Virus record (IMG/VR): IMGVR_UViG_3300047510_002055
Coordinates: 1-52,535 of that record
Length of the DNA: 52,535 nucleotides
Strand: one strand, 5' to 3'
From: a virus
Taxonomy: Duplodnaviria; Caudoviricetes
A program made the position numbers and the translations under genes. The notes beneath the pieces were generated by a model, which saw nothing but the letters and a program-made list of their open reading frames with translations, made no database searches and had not been told where the DNA came from. Of the stretch, positions 9,163 through 17,802 are shown one piece after another. Within the stretch, counting starts at the first letter, position 1. Each line of letters begins with the position of its first letter.

Positions 9163-9738
9163 TTAGTTTACTACACTATCAGATATATTCAAAACCGATA
9201 CTGCCCATGCACGTTCCATACAAAAATAACAACCACCACAACTATCTATTCCAGTAAGACCACATGACCTTGTTTTTTTAAGTAAGTCAAGGATGTTTTC
9301 TTCAACATACATTCTTAATATTTCTACCTTGTCCATATCAATAAATGGACGTAAATGATATTCGTTTAGTGCTGGACCTCTAACTGGTGGTGTGTCACCT
9401 CGAATATACACTGTTGGTGTGAAATGTGTTACTACTTTATTACAACCAGTTAAAACTACACCTGGGTAAACACCCAATATTAGTTGTACTGCATCACGAA
9501 TAAATAAACCTTGTTGTTTTAAAGTACAAATTTTGTATCTTTCACCAAACTTATCTTGAAAATAATCGCTCAGTGGTTCAATTATCTGTTTAAAAGCATC
9601 GTCACTGTTGTTTATGAAATGACAAATAACAGGTTTATCGTATTGCTTAAGTACTAAATACGTCAACAGAGTACTGTCTACACCACCAGAGACAAGAATA
9701 TTAATATTTTCACAGTTTTCTGGTATAGATATGTTCAT
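9163..9738 (-). CDS. QueC-like PP-loop ATP pyrophosphatase (copy 2)
   Basis: PP-loop 'VSGGVDS', 'RPFIDMDKVEI' and Zn site 'TRSC...CGGCYFCMER'. I moved the start to ATG 9738 because the longer TTG start overlaps the upstream gene. Confidence 0.7.
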   Translation of the reverse strand: MNISIPENCENINILVSGGVDSTLLTYLVLKQYDKPVICHFINNSDDAFKQIIEPLSDYFQDKFGERYKICTLKQQGLFIRDAVQLILGVYPGVVLTGCNKVVTHFTPTVYIRGDTPPVRGPALNEYHLRPFIDMDKVEILRMYVEENILDLLKKTRSCGLTGIDSCGGCYFCMERAWAVSVLNISDSVVN

Positions 9739-9739
9739 A

Positions 9740-9749
9740 TATAAGTATC
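9740..9749 (-). promoter_or_regulatory. Putative late-promoter motif variant (GATACTTATA) abutting a start codon
   Basis: Reads CGATACTTATATATG, the same variant as at 49554. It lies in the 13-nt gap between genes. Confidence 0.4.
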
Positions 9750-9751
9750 GG

Positions 9752-10516
9752 TTATATACCCATTTCCTTCCGAATTTGGGTGGCGGAGATAGCCTCGGTT
9801 TGGGCGTCAAGGTTGATTTTCTCTACCTTATATCCCACATCCCGACCATAATATACCCCCGTAATATTCGGTACGGACATTATATAGTATTTTCCACGGT
9901 ACTTACCTTCCAACTTCTTGTGGATTCCTTCGATAACCTCCACATAATTGAATGGGTTCTTTTCGTCGGTATTATAGGTGTCTCTGACCGCAATAAGTAC
10001 CTGACCTTCCTTTTCCAAGATAGTCTCAAATAACTTCAAATGCCCATCGTGGAACGGTTGGAAACGACCAATCATCAGTCCCGTAGGATTCTGCCATCCA
10101 AAATGTACATCCTTCTTCTTGATTTCTTCAATAATGATATCCGCTTGGGTGTTGGGGTCTATCCAGCCGTTGACCAAGACATCTACCTCTGAGGGTTGTT
10201 CGAACACTCTATTTGTGTCCTCAAACCGGCCGGCGTCTATTGTATTCATAAACACAATAAAATCTGGTAAGAAGAGTTCACGGGTTTCTTCTGTGGGACA
10301 AACAAAATCTGCCACCGTGTGATGAGTCTCTACCATATCACAGAGTTCCCGCATCCGATAGGCTTGACGTTTACGGCCTGTATCGGAGAAGTCCCAATCG
10401 TTGAATTGTTTCCGTACTTCGTCTGCGTTGAAGTACGCAGCACCTAACTTTTCTGCCAATACTTTAGATAATGTAGTCTTTCCAGATCCAGGCAATCCCA
10501 TAACCAAAATTCTCAT
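9752..10516 (-). CDS. cysC: Adenylylsulfate (APS) kinase fused to a HxGH nucleotidyltransferase domain
   Basis: P-loop 'MGLPGSGKTT', 'FNADEVR', 'WDFS..GR.RQA' and 'DFVCPT'; second domain 'IGRFQPFHDGH...VPNIT...YGRDVGY...ISATQIR'. Confidence 0.75.
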   Translation of the reverse strand: MRILVMGLPGSGKTTLSKVLAEKLGAAYFNADEVRKQFNDWDFSDTGRKRQAYRMRELCDMVETHHTVADFVCPTEETRELFLPDFIVFMNTIDAGRFEDTNRVFEQPSEVDVLVNGWIDPNTQADIIIEEIKKKDVHFGWQNPTGLMIGRFQPFHDGHLKLFETILEKEGQVLIAVRDTYNTDEKNPFNYVEVIEGIHKKLEGKYRGKYYIMSVPNITGVYYGRDVGYKVEKINLDAQTEAISATQIRKEMGI

Positions 10517-10519
10517 ATA

Positions 10520-10741
10520 CTACTCCTTATCCTTATTAATGAGTCCAAATTTAATCCATCGGTACCAAATACGTTCGTGCATGTAATATAACACAGGTTT
10601 TACTATAAGTTCAACCCCCCCTGCAATAGATGATATATAAACACTACCTGTAAGGACATATCCAATTATTACGGTCTGTACACTTCCAAGTAGTCTATAC
10701 GATATTGCTTTGGCTATGTGTCGTTTTCTTTGAACCGTCAT
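10520..10741 (-). CDS. DUF2061-like small membrane protein
   Basis: 'RHIAKAISYR' and 'LYYMHERIW' pattern with two hydrophobic segments; this family is typically found next to sulfate-activation genes. Confidence 0.75.
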   Translation of the reverse strand: MTVQRKRHIAKAISYRLLGSVQTVIIGYVLTGSVYISSIAGGVELIVKPVLYYMHERIWYRWIKFGLINKDKE

Positions 10742-11316
10742 CTTGTACTTTTATCCTCTATTTGCAGTTCACTAAATGCCCAAATCCGTTCCCTACACTG
10801 CCAACAGGTATTACATCTACCAAATTCGCGTTCGGTACAAGTGTGTGTTAGTTCTACTAAATCCATAATATCGTATCGTACATACGCCTGTACAATGTCT
10901 GTTTTATAACAATCAAAAAATGGTTGACGATGTTTCGGATGATTTCTACGAACTCTGGTCGGACCACCAGGTAATATATCATCTGGATATACGTTTCCTG
11001 CAAAATATAAAATATCATAGTCAGTTTCTATTGATTTCAATGCCACATTTATTATGTTTGCATGATATATCAACGGATTTCCTATAAACTTTGGTTTCTT
11101 GACTTGCTTATCTAATTTTTGATTCACCCAGTCTATTATAGGTTGAACATAATGTTTAGCCCCATCCGTCTTTGGTATCGTGAACGTTATGATATTATCA
11201 ATGTTTTTTGCCAGTAAATATAATAATAATGTACTATCCATACCTCCAGATAACATTATACCTACTCTATCTGTTGAGTTGATTTTACTTAATCCCAATA
11301 ATTCTTCCGATATCAT
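10738..11316 (-). CDS. QueC-like PP-loop ATP pyrophosphatase (copy 1)
   Basis: 'MLSGGMDSTLL', 'QPFFDCYKTDIV' and 'THTCTE...RCNTCWQCRER'. Confidence 0.7.
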   Translation of the reverse strand: MISEELLGLSKINSTDRVGIMLSGGMDSTLLLYLLAKNIDNIITFTIPKTDGAKHYVQPIIDWVNQKLDKQVKKPKFIGNPLIYHANIINVALKSIETDYDILYFAGNVYPDDILPGGPTRVRRNHPKHRQPFFDCYKTDIVQAYVRYDIMDLVELTHTCTEREFGRCNTCWQCRERIWAFSELQIEDKSTR

Positions 11317-11960
11317 ACTATATATCCAAATAATTTGCTACTAATACTATCATACTGTTTGTTAAACTCATCTACATTTTTTAATACATCTACATCAGAA
11401 TAATATGGTGCTACTCTTTTGTAACGTGGGGTTACGTTTGGTAAATTTAATTTTTCTAATACATTTTCACTATTAGTAAAAATAAATTCATCATAAAACA
11501 CATAATCACATCGTTGTTCATATTCCATGTGAAGTTTATAATGTTCAAACCTTTCGGTTATTAATTCATCTGAAAAGATTAGTTTACCCACAAATGGTTC
11601 TCTAATATTTTTCCTATCTGTTCCATTACTATATGTTTTAAAATGTTTTTCTACCAATGCTTTTAGTAAACGTTTTCTGTAGTCTACTGGTTTTATGAAA
11701 ATTGTAGCGTAGTTTTCATTACCAATAAACCGTTCGGCTAACCACGGATAGTGATTAATCACCATCTTTACTGTTGTCGGTGGTTCCTTATTTACAAACC
11801 GTTCATACTTTTGTTTTATTGAATCTTCTGTATTTAATTCTGGATTGAATGGCTCTAAATCCGTACCGATATGTTGTGGGTCCATATACGATAAACTGCT
11901 GTTGATAAGACTATGTAAATAACGAGAACCAGTTCTTGGTAAATGAAAAATACAATACAT
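11313..11960 (-). CDS. Sulfotransferase-like P-loop protein
   Basis: N-terminal 'FHLPRTGSRYL' resembles the PAPS 5'-PSB loop; the rest is divergent. Confidence 0.5.
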   Translation of the reverse strand: MYCIFHLPRTGSRYLHSLINSSLSYMDPQHIGTDLEPFNPELNTEDSIKQKYERFVNKEPPTTVKMVINHYPWLAERFIGNENYATIFIKPVDYRKRLLKALVEKHFKTYSNGTDRKNIREPFVGKLIFSDELITERFEHYKLHMEYEQRCDYVFYDEFIFTNSENVLEKLNLPNVTPRYKRVAPYYSDVDVLKNVDEFNKQYDSISSKLFGYIV

Positions 11961-13411
11961 TACAGTACCTTGATTCCATATGTTTCTTCGAATGCTCGGG
12001 CATCATTTATATTATTTACCATTGGTTTTCCCTTAATGTTCAAACTGGTATTAAGTAACATAGGACATCCGGTTTCTTCATACCAACTAGTTAACAATCT
12101 GTGAAATCCAGGATTATCTCTTTCAGTCACAGTTTGTACCCGTGAGGTTCCATCGGCGTGAATAATTGCAGGAAACTCTTCTGGTCGTTTACATTTTGCC
12201 ACAAACTGCATATATGGACTACGTGGTGTCACCATATCAAAGTAATCTTGTGCGTGTTCTTCCAAGATAGATGGTGCGAAAGGACGAAACTTTTGTCTAC
12301 GTTTGATTTCGTTGACCTTATCCTTAATATCCGTTCCCCGTGGGTCTGCCAACAAACTACGATTTCCCAAAGCTCTTGGTCCGAATTCTGCTCGACCATT
12401 GGCAATACCTACTAGTTTAACATCTTTTAATTGGGAAATCAACCCCTCTACTGGATATTTTTCTCCTATATCATGTCCTAAGAACGGAGAGGTGAATTTG
12501 ATATGTTGTTGTGTATGTGCTGTAATTGCCCCCAAACTGTTTCCTGCGTCACCTGGATTTGGCATTATCCATACGTTATCGAAATACTTGTATGCGATAC
12601 TATTTGCTACACAATTTAGTGCACACCCACCACTTAATACTAGATTGGTTGCCCCCGTAAGTTTCTTAGTATATTCCAATAAATCAGTAAACACCAACTC
12701 ATAAATGTACTGGGTTGCCGCGGCAATATCGTACATATCTTGTTCGGATGTTAGTTCTTGTCGCCACCACATACATCCACGATGAAGATTGTGTCGTAGT
12801 TTTAGTATTGTACTACCATCAAAAAAATCTTCTATTATCGAACTTGCATATTTTGACGGGTCACCATATGCTGCCATGCCCATCAAGATGTATTCTTCTT
12901 CATTTGGTTTTAGTCCCACTCGTTGGGTCATAGCGGAATACCACAATCCTAAACTATGTGGGTACTTAATAGAAAACTTTTTGTCCAGTTTAGCCCCGTT
13001 TCCACGCCAGATAGTGGTGGTGTCAAACTCTCCAATTGCGTCAATCACCAATACTGCTGCATCATCAAACTGAGAAGTATAATAACCTGCCGATGCATGA
13101 CTGTGATGGTGGTCTACGGTAACTACTGGTGCTGTTATTCCGTAATTACGAACATATTGTTTGGGATTGTTGTTCATCCAGCCTTGACCCGCTCGGAATT
13201 GACGTAATGACTTTATCAGTGGCCGTTCATACCAGACCACTTCATCAGGTTCACCGTATCTATAGGCATCTGCCACGATGTCAGGGTTCAGATGAGCATC
13301 ATTCTTCACACCAGAATAGCGTTCTGATTGTGAGGCAAACAATATTTTTTTATCTTGCACCACCGTGATGGCAGCGTCATGACTGTTGGCAGAAATTCCC
13401 CAGATAATCAT
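11960..13411 (-). CDS. O-carbamoyltransferase (NodU/CmcH/TobZ family)
   Basis: 'SHDAA', 'SERYSGVKND', 'HHHSHA', 'VIDAIGEF', 'MGMAAYG', 'LSGGCALNCVAN', 'EFGPRALGNRSLLADP', 'FRPFAPS' and 'LNTSLN'. Confidence 0.95.
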   Translation of the reverse strand: MIIWGISANSHDAAITVVQDKKILFASQSERYSGVKNDAHLNPDIVADAYRYGEPDEVVWYERPLIKSLRQFRAGQGWMNNNPKQYVRNYGITAPVVTVDHHHSHASAGYYTSQFDDAAVLVIDAIGEFDTTTIWRGNGAKLDKKFSIKYPHSLGLWYSAMTQRVGLKPNEEEYILMGMAAYGDPSKYASSIIEDFFDGSTILKLRHNLHRGCMWWRQELTSEQDMYDIAAATQYIYELVFTDLLEYTKKLTGATNLVLSGGCALNCVANSIAYKYFDNVWIMPNPGDAGNSLGAITAHTQQHIKFTSPFLGHDIGEKYPVEGLISQLKDVKLVGIANGRAEFGPRALGNRSLLADPRGTDIKDKVNEIKRRQKFRPFAPSILEEHAQDYFDMVTPRSPYMQFVAKCKRPEEFPAIIHADGTSRVQTVTERDNPGFHRLLTSWYEETGCPMLLNTSLNIKGKPMVNNINDARAFEETYGIKVL

Positions 13412-13412
13412 A

Positions 13413-14639
13413 TTACATTTCCATCACATCTGCTAACTCAGGAAATACTGAGCAGAAATCTTCTCCACGTATCTTATCGATACGTTCCACTTCTGATTTG
13501 AAAAAGTGTTTGTATGGTTCCCAATAATTTTTTTCATTAACCCAATTAGGTAATAGTAATAATTGTTGATAGTGATTATTATTCGTATATCCTTTACTCT
13601 GCAATATATTTAATAATTCATTAAGATTTTTATGCCCCTGTTGTTTTTTAATGTCTGGTAAAGCCATAGATGTTAAATGTTCTGGGGAGTGCATTGGATA
13701 AGTCGTTAATTTTTCACTATACCAACCCATATTATCAAGATAAGAATAAAAATCTTTCAAGGTTAAGTAATTGAAAAAACTCATTACGGTATTCAAACTC
13801 ATATGAATGAATGATTGTTTGTGTAGTAATGTTAAATTTTGTTCAACTGTATTCCAATCTGTACCGTGACGAATATATTCAGCACGAGGACCATAGTGGT
13901 CAATACTAGCATATAATTCTATCTGAGTGTCAAACTTACTCCACAATCCAAGAATATCTTTATCTTTGTATTTTAAATTACTTACATTTGTATTATACCG
14001 CAAACGAACGTCTGTTCTACCCCTGCGTAAAAATTCTTCCAAAATTATATAATGCTGTTCATTAATCAAGGGCTCACCACCAGCAAAATATGCAAGATGA
14101 ATGTGGTCTATATGACCTAATACTTCATCAACCAATGATTGATGATCATTTTTTGGTATTACTCTAGCGTATGGTACGCCGTTTCGTAAGTCTTCGGCTT
14201 CCCATTGCGTACTAAAACTAGAACCGCAAGTTCTACATTTAAAATTGCAAAGATTATTAAATCTCACATCAAAATAACGCATTTTAAACTCACTGATACT
14301 ACCATCCAGATTAGTAAAACTTGCTACCTCGTCAAAAAATTGTTTAAATTCATCGTTGGTGGCAATTCTAGCACTTTTGATACCGGCGTTTTCTAAATTA
14401 TAGCACGGAGTACACATTGGACTTTTGACTTCGTTAAGCATACTCAAGCGTAATGAGCGCATTTTGGGAGAATTTATTAACTCACCTATAGAACTTTGTC
14501 GGGTGTTTCCTATTGGTATACTAGGATTAGCTGTGCAGCATGGATACGATATTCCCTCTGGACTGGCGTGCATATGTACCCAGGGATACATGCAAAAAGT
14601 TTTACTTTCATTTAAAAGAAAATCTTTCTTACTATACAT
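13413..14639 (-). CDS. Radical SAM protein with N-terminal SPASM/twitch-like Fe-S domain
   Basis: 'FCMYPWVH...YPCC...MCTPCY', CxxxCxxC 'LCNFKCRTC', 'YFAGGEPL' and 'YNTN'. Confidence 0.9.
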   Translation of the reverse strand: MYSKKDFLLNESKTFCMYPWVHMHASPEGISYPCCTANPSIPIGNTRQSSIGELINSPKMRSLRLSMLNEVKSPMCTPCYNLENAGIKSARIATNDEFKQFFDEVASFTNLDGSISEFKMRYFDVRFNNLCNFKCRTCGSSFSTQWEAEDLRNGVPYARVIPKNDHQSLVDEVLGHIDHIHLAYFAGGEPLINEQHYIILEEFLRRGRTDVRLRYNTNVSNLKYKDKDILGLWSKFDTQIELYASIDHYGPRAEYIRHGTDWNTVEQNLTLLHKQSFIHMSLNTVMSFFNYLTLKDFYSYLDNMGWYSEKLTTYPMHSPEHLTSMALPDIKKQQGHKNLNELLNILQSKGYTNNNHYQQLLLLPNWVNEKNYWEPYKHFFKSEVERIDKIRGEDFCSVFPELADVMEM

Positions 14640-15765
14640 GATGTAATGCCTTTATTAAAGATGGATAAAATGTGTCATACGGTCTAGTAAAAAACACATT
14701 TCTATTATGTACTAACAACTCATAATCTTTTTTAAAAAACTCATAAAAATGTTTTATATCAATACTCTGTAATCTTTCAAACTCCTCTATAAATAACTGG
14801 AACCGTTTGTCTACGTCTTGCTCAGCATCATAATCATAATTTATCCAAGACGGTAGTTCAAATCCATAAGATTGAATACTTTTTAGTAATCCACAATATC
14901 CGAACGGAAGTATAAAGTGTCCTTTTATAAGTGGGTCAAATGTTTTTTCCGTGACAACTTTAGTAAATGAAGATTTTACCAAAGTTTCTACATATACGCT
15001 TACAAATGTATCAGAATATAATTTATTAGATATAGGAAACCAAATAGGATTATTTAATAATGAATCGGGTGTACGAAAAACATTTTTTTCACTTATTATA
15101 TCTTCTTCTGGTGATAATATTTTTATTGGAGTAGATGACCAGTCTGAAAATATATTATCCGTATTTTTTAAAACTTCCGTAAGAGCTTTTCTATAATACT
15201 GTCTTTTCTTATCCAACAATGGTTGACGATTGTTCTCGACTCTTGTTGCTGATAAAAATCTTTTTGCTGTGTTTGTTTTTTGTATCTTGCTTAAAGCAAA
15301 CATTTTTTCTGAGGCGTCATACGTCCATAGATTATTCTGTAAATTTATTTTATGATACTCTGTAAAGTACAACTTTTGTCTATTCCATAACAAATCATAA
15401 TTTATAACCTTTTCATCTTGATTTATTAAATTAGTTTCAGTTATTAGAAATTTATTAGTAAATTTTTTCCAATTATTTGCGAATGGATATTCAAATAAAA
15501 TTTGGTCATCGTCTGTATGGAATAATCCTACTCCTAAAATAATCTTATCTTTAATTATATCTATAACATCTTTGTTTTGCATTTCTAAAAAATCAGATTG
15601 AAATACAGGAATTATATCGCATTCTTTTAAGTTAGTACTTAAACAAAATCTGGTTGGTTCTAATTCAAAAAACCAAGAACTATTACCGGGTATACCTACG
15701 TCTACTGTAGTACTACCAGCATACGAAGAACGTTGGTAAATTTTATAGGTTTCTTGTATTTCCAT
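14632..15765 (-). CDS. Putative glycosyltransferase ('ET...TEKT.xP' family, GT-B-like)
   Basis: 'YSDTFVSVYVET...VTEKTFDPLIKGHFILPFG...YGFELPSWINYDYD'; paralogous to 17795-19111. The GT assignment is inferred from resemblance to the GT10 nucleotide-sugar motif. Confidence 0.45.
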   Translation of the reverse strand: MEIQETYKIYQRSSYAGSTTVDVGIPGNSSWFFELEPTRFCLSTNLKECDIIPVFQSDFLEMQNKDVIDIIKDKIILGVGLFHTDDDQILFEYPFANNWKKFTNKFLITETNLINQDEKVINYDLLWNRQKLYFTEYHKINLQNNLWTYDASEKMFALSKIQKTNTAKRFLSATRVENNRQPLLDKKRQYYRKALTEVLKNTDNIFSDWSSTPIKILSPEEDIISEKNVFRTPDSLLNNPIWFPISNKLYSDTFVSVYVETLVKSSFTKVVTEKTFDPLIKGHFILPFGYCGLLKSIQSYGFELPSWINYDYDAEQDVDKRFQLFIEEFERLQSIDIKHFYEFFKKDYELLVHNRNVFFTRPYDTFYPSLIKALHHV

Positions 15766-16990
15766 ACGGTACTACAATGCAGTCGGGAATAGATTCCTTT
15801 TCTAGATATCTCCAAATATCAACGATAACACTACCAGATAAAATATTACAATAAAACTTTTGTTTATCGCTACCTATTAAATGACTATGACTATATGTTG
15901 TAGGTGCGTGATGTGCTAACAATACTATTCCTTTTACACTCTCTACGGTATCACCTGTAAGTGGGTCTATATATGTTACCCCGTATCCTTGTTCTTGTAC
16001 ATAATGCCCAATCAGTAAACTATAACTACCTTCCGTATAGGATACACCCGGTTTGTATGCTTTACCGTGAATATAAATTTCTAAATTATATTTGTTAGAC
16101 AAATCAATTAATTTATCCGCAATACGTTTTGCTTGTAATTCTCTACTGTCCATTATAGCACCAAATAAATCATAACCCAAATTTAACTTTTGCGCCATAT
16201 ATCGTAATGCGATATTGTCTCGGGGATGACATGCTCCTGCATCTCCCATACCCGCCTTCATATACGCTGCTCCAGTTATACGTCTATCACTTTCTGCCAA
16301 TGCTTTTGTCACCACATCCACATTGATGTTTCCAGATGCTTCTGCTACATCCTGTATCATATTCACCAACCCAATCTTCGCAGAAATGAATGTGTTGTAG
16401 AAAATCTTGATACATTCTGCTTCATCCCATGTACCAACAACATATCGTGGATTGTTTTGCATCATGGTTTTGTAAAAGTCTGTAAGAATTTTTGCATCAC
16501 CTGTTACTGAACCATCTTCCGTACCTATAATAACCATTTCTGGATTAATCATATCCCAACGTACTGACCCCATGGCAATCAAGTATGGATTATAGATGAA
16601 ACGATAGTTAGTGGTATGTTGAATGAATTCTCGACGAACTGTGCCAGGCAACACAGTGCTGATGAGAACCACCAGCTGGTCCTTGGTGCAATACTTGTTC
16701 ACTTCCTTCAACACATCAATCACGATGGAATAATCAAAGTCTTTGGGTTCCAGATGTGCTGTAGGAGTCTCGCCACCATAGGACTTGTCATGCGGAGTAG
16801 GAACTGCAATGAAAATCAATTCTCTGTCTTTCACAACTTCCTGAATGGTATCAACCAAAGGAAATTCTGGGAGGTCGGATTTCACAACATCATGTCCTAT
16901 CACATCATGTCCTGCACGTTTCATCTCATTGGCACATGGTGCACCAAGTTTTCCACAACCAATCATCGCAACTTTTTTTAATTGTTCCAT
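15743..16990 (-). CDS. ugd: UDP-glucose/GDP-mannose dehydrogenase family protein
   Basis: Rossmann 'IGCGKLG', 'IAVPTP', 'ISTVLPGT', 'YNPY', 'AECIKIFYNTFISAKI' and catalytic 'GACHPRD'. Confidence 0.85.
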   Translation of the reverse strand: MEQLKKVAMIGCGKLGAPCANEMKRAGHDVIGHDVVKSDLPEFPLVDTIQEVVKDRELIFIAVPTPHDKSYGGETPTAHLEPKDFDYSIVIDVLKEVNKYCTKDQLVVLISTVLPGTVRREFIQHTTNYRFIYNPYLIAMGSVRWDMINPEMVIIGTEDGSVTGDAKILTDFYKTMMQNNPRYVVGTWDEAECIKIFYNTFISAKIGLVNMIQDVAEASGNINVDVVTKALAESDRRITGAAYMKAGMGDAGACHPRDNIALRYMAQKLNLGYDLFGAIMDSRELQAKRIADKLIDLSNKYNLEIYIHGKAYKPGVSYTEGSYSLLIGHYVQEQGYGVTYIDPLTGDTVESVKGIVLLAHHAPTTYSHSHLIGSDKQKFYCNILSGSVIVDIWRYLEKESIPDCIVVPYGNTRNL

Positions 16991-17802
16991 AATTTATGAA
17001 CCTCTGATATTTCTCCTGTGTTATTTACGCAACACGCACATGGAGTTTTTCTAGAATTAGGACTATAACTCATTTTGTTATAATGGATTTCTGTTTCTTT
17101 TTGTACATCAAACTCTTCAGGTAAATAGTTCGGTAAAAATTGTTTTACCCAATCATAATGCATTTTAATCGTTGGGTGACCGTCTATAAACAATTCATTT
17201 GGTTTCATCCACGGTTTATCTTTTGATGGTTCAAAACGATAGAAATCAGATTTTGCATATTTACTTTTTACCCAATCTCGCATAGCAATCGAAACATCTA
17301 ATATACGAATTGCATCTTTTTCTAATTCTATGGAAAATTTCTTAGAAGTAATTTCTGGTATGTAATCGTATTCCGCTTCAAATCCTGGTAACATATTAAA
17401 TGCTGTCATTATTTTATGTTGTATATTTTTGTATTCTAGGAATAAGTGTGCGTGATTGATATGCATCCACGTGGTTTGATAACCATAATCCACAGACCAA
17501 TATTCTTGTAAAAATTTTTCATCAAAAAAATTATTTGTAGTAAATATGTTTCCTCTGGTTCCCCAACTACCATGTGTTAGAGTATCAAATCTGGTAGAAC
17601 CGCTGAACATTATTAATACGGTATCGTTTGGCGTAAGATTGTAAACTCTGTCGCATTCTATAAGAGAAGAAACTATGTAATGATTTCCTGCTCCTGATTT
17701 ACCGTAATTTATATAGGTATCAAAAGTCCGACCACAGATGTCTGCCCAAGTTGGCCAACCATACGCAGTATAACTACACCCAAATGTAAACAATCTACTC
17801 AT
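16978..17802 (-). CDS. SGNH/GDSL-like hydrolase or acyltransferase
   Basis: 'FTFGCSYT...WPTWAD', 'NYGKSGAGN' and 'DGHPT'. Confidence 0.6.
   Translation of the reverse strand: MSRLFTFGCSYTAYGWPTWADICGRTFDTYINYGKSGAGNHYIVSSLIECDRVYNLTPNDTVLIMFSGSTRFDTLTHGSWGTRGNIFTTNNFFDEKFLQEYWSVDYGYQTTWMHINHAHLFLEYKNIQHKIMTAFNMLPGFEAEYDYIPEITSKKFSIELEKDAIRILDVSIAMRDWVKSKYAKSDFYRFEPSKDKPWMKPNELFIDGHPTIKMHYDWVKQFLPNYLPEEFDVQKETEIHYNKMSYSPNSRKTPCACCVNNTGEISEVHKLWNN

Noticed and set aside
9739-9810. Extended N-termini given by the ORF track for 9163-9810, 19098-20075 and 241-513
   Set aside because: The extensions overlap upstream genes and lack family-like sequence. Internal ATGs (9738, 19991) or the frameshift explain them better.
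9163-11316. Canonical queuosine / 7-deazaguanine DNA modification pathway
   Set aside because: Only QueC-like genes are present; no FolE, QueD or DpdA is recognisable here. This cannot be excluded for the rest of the genome.
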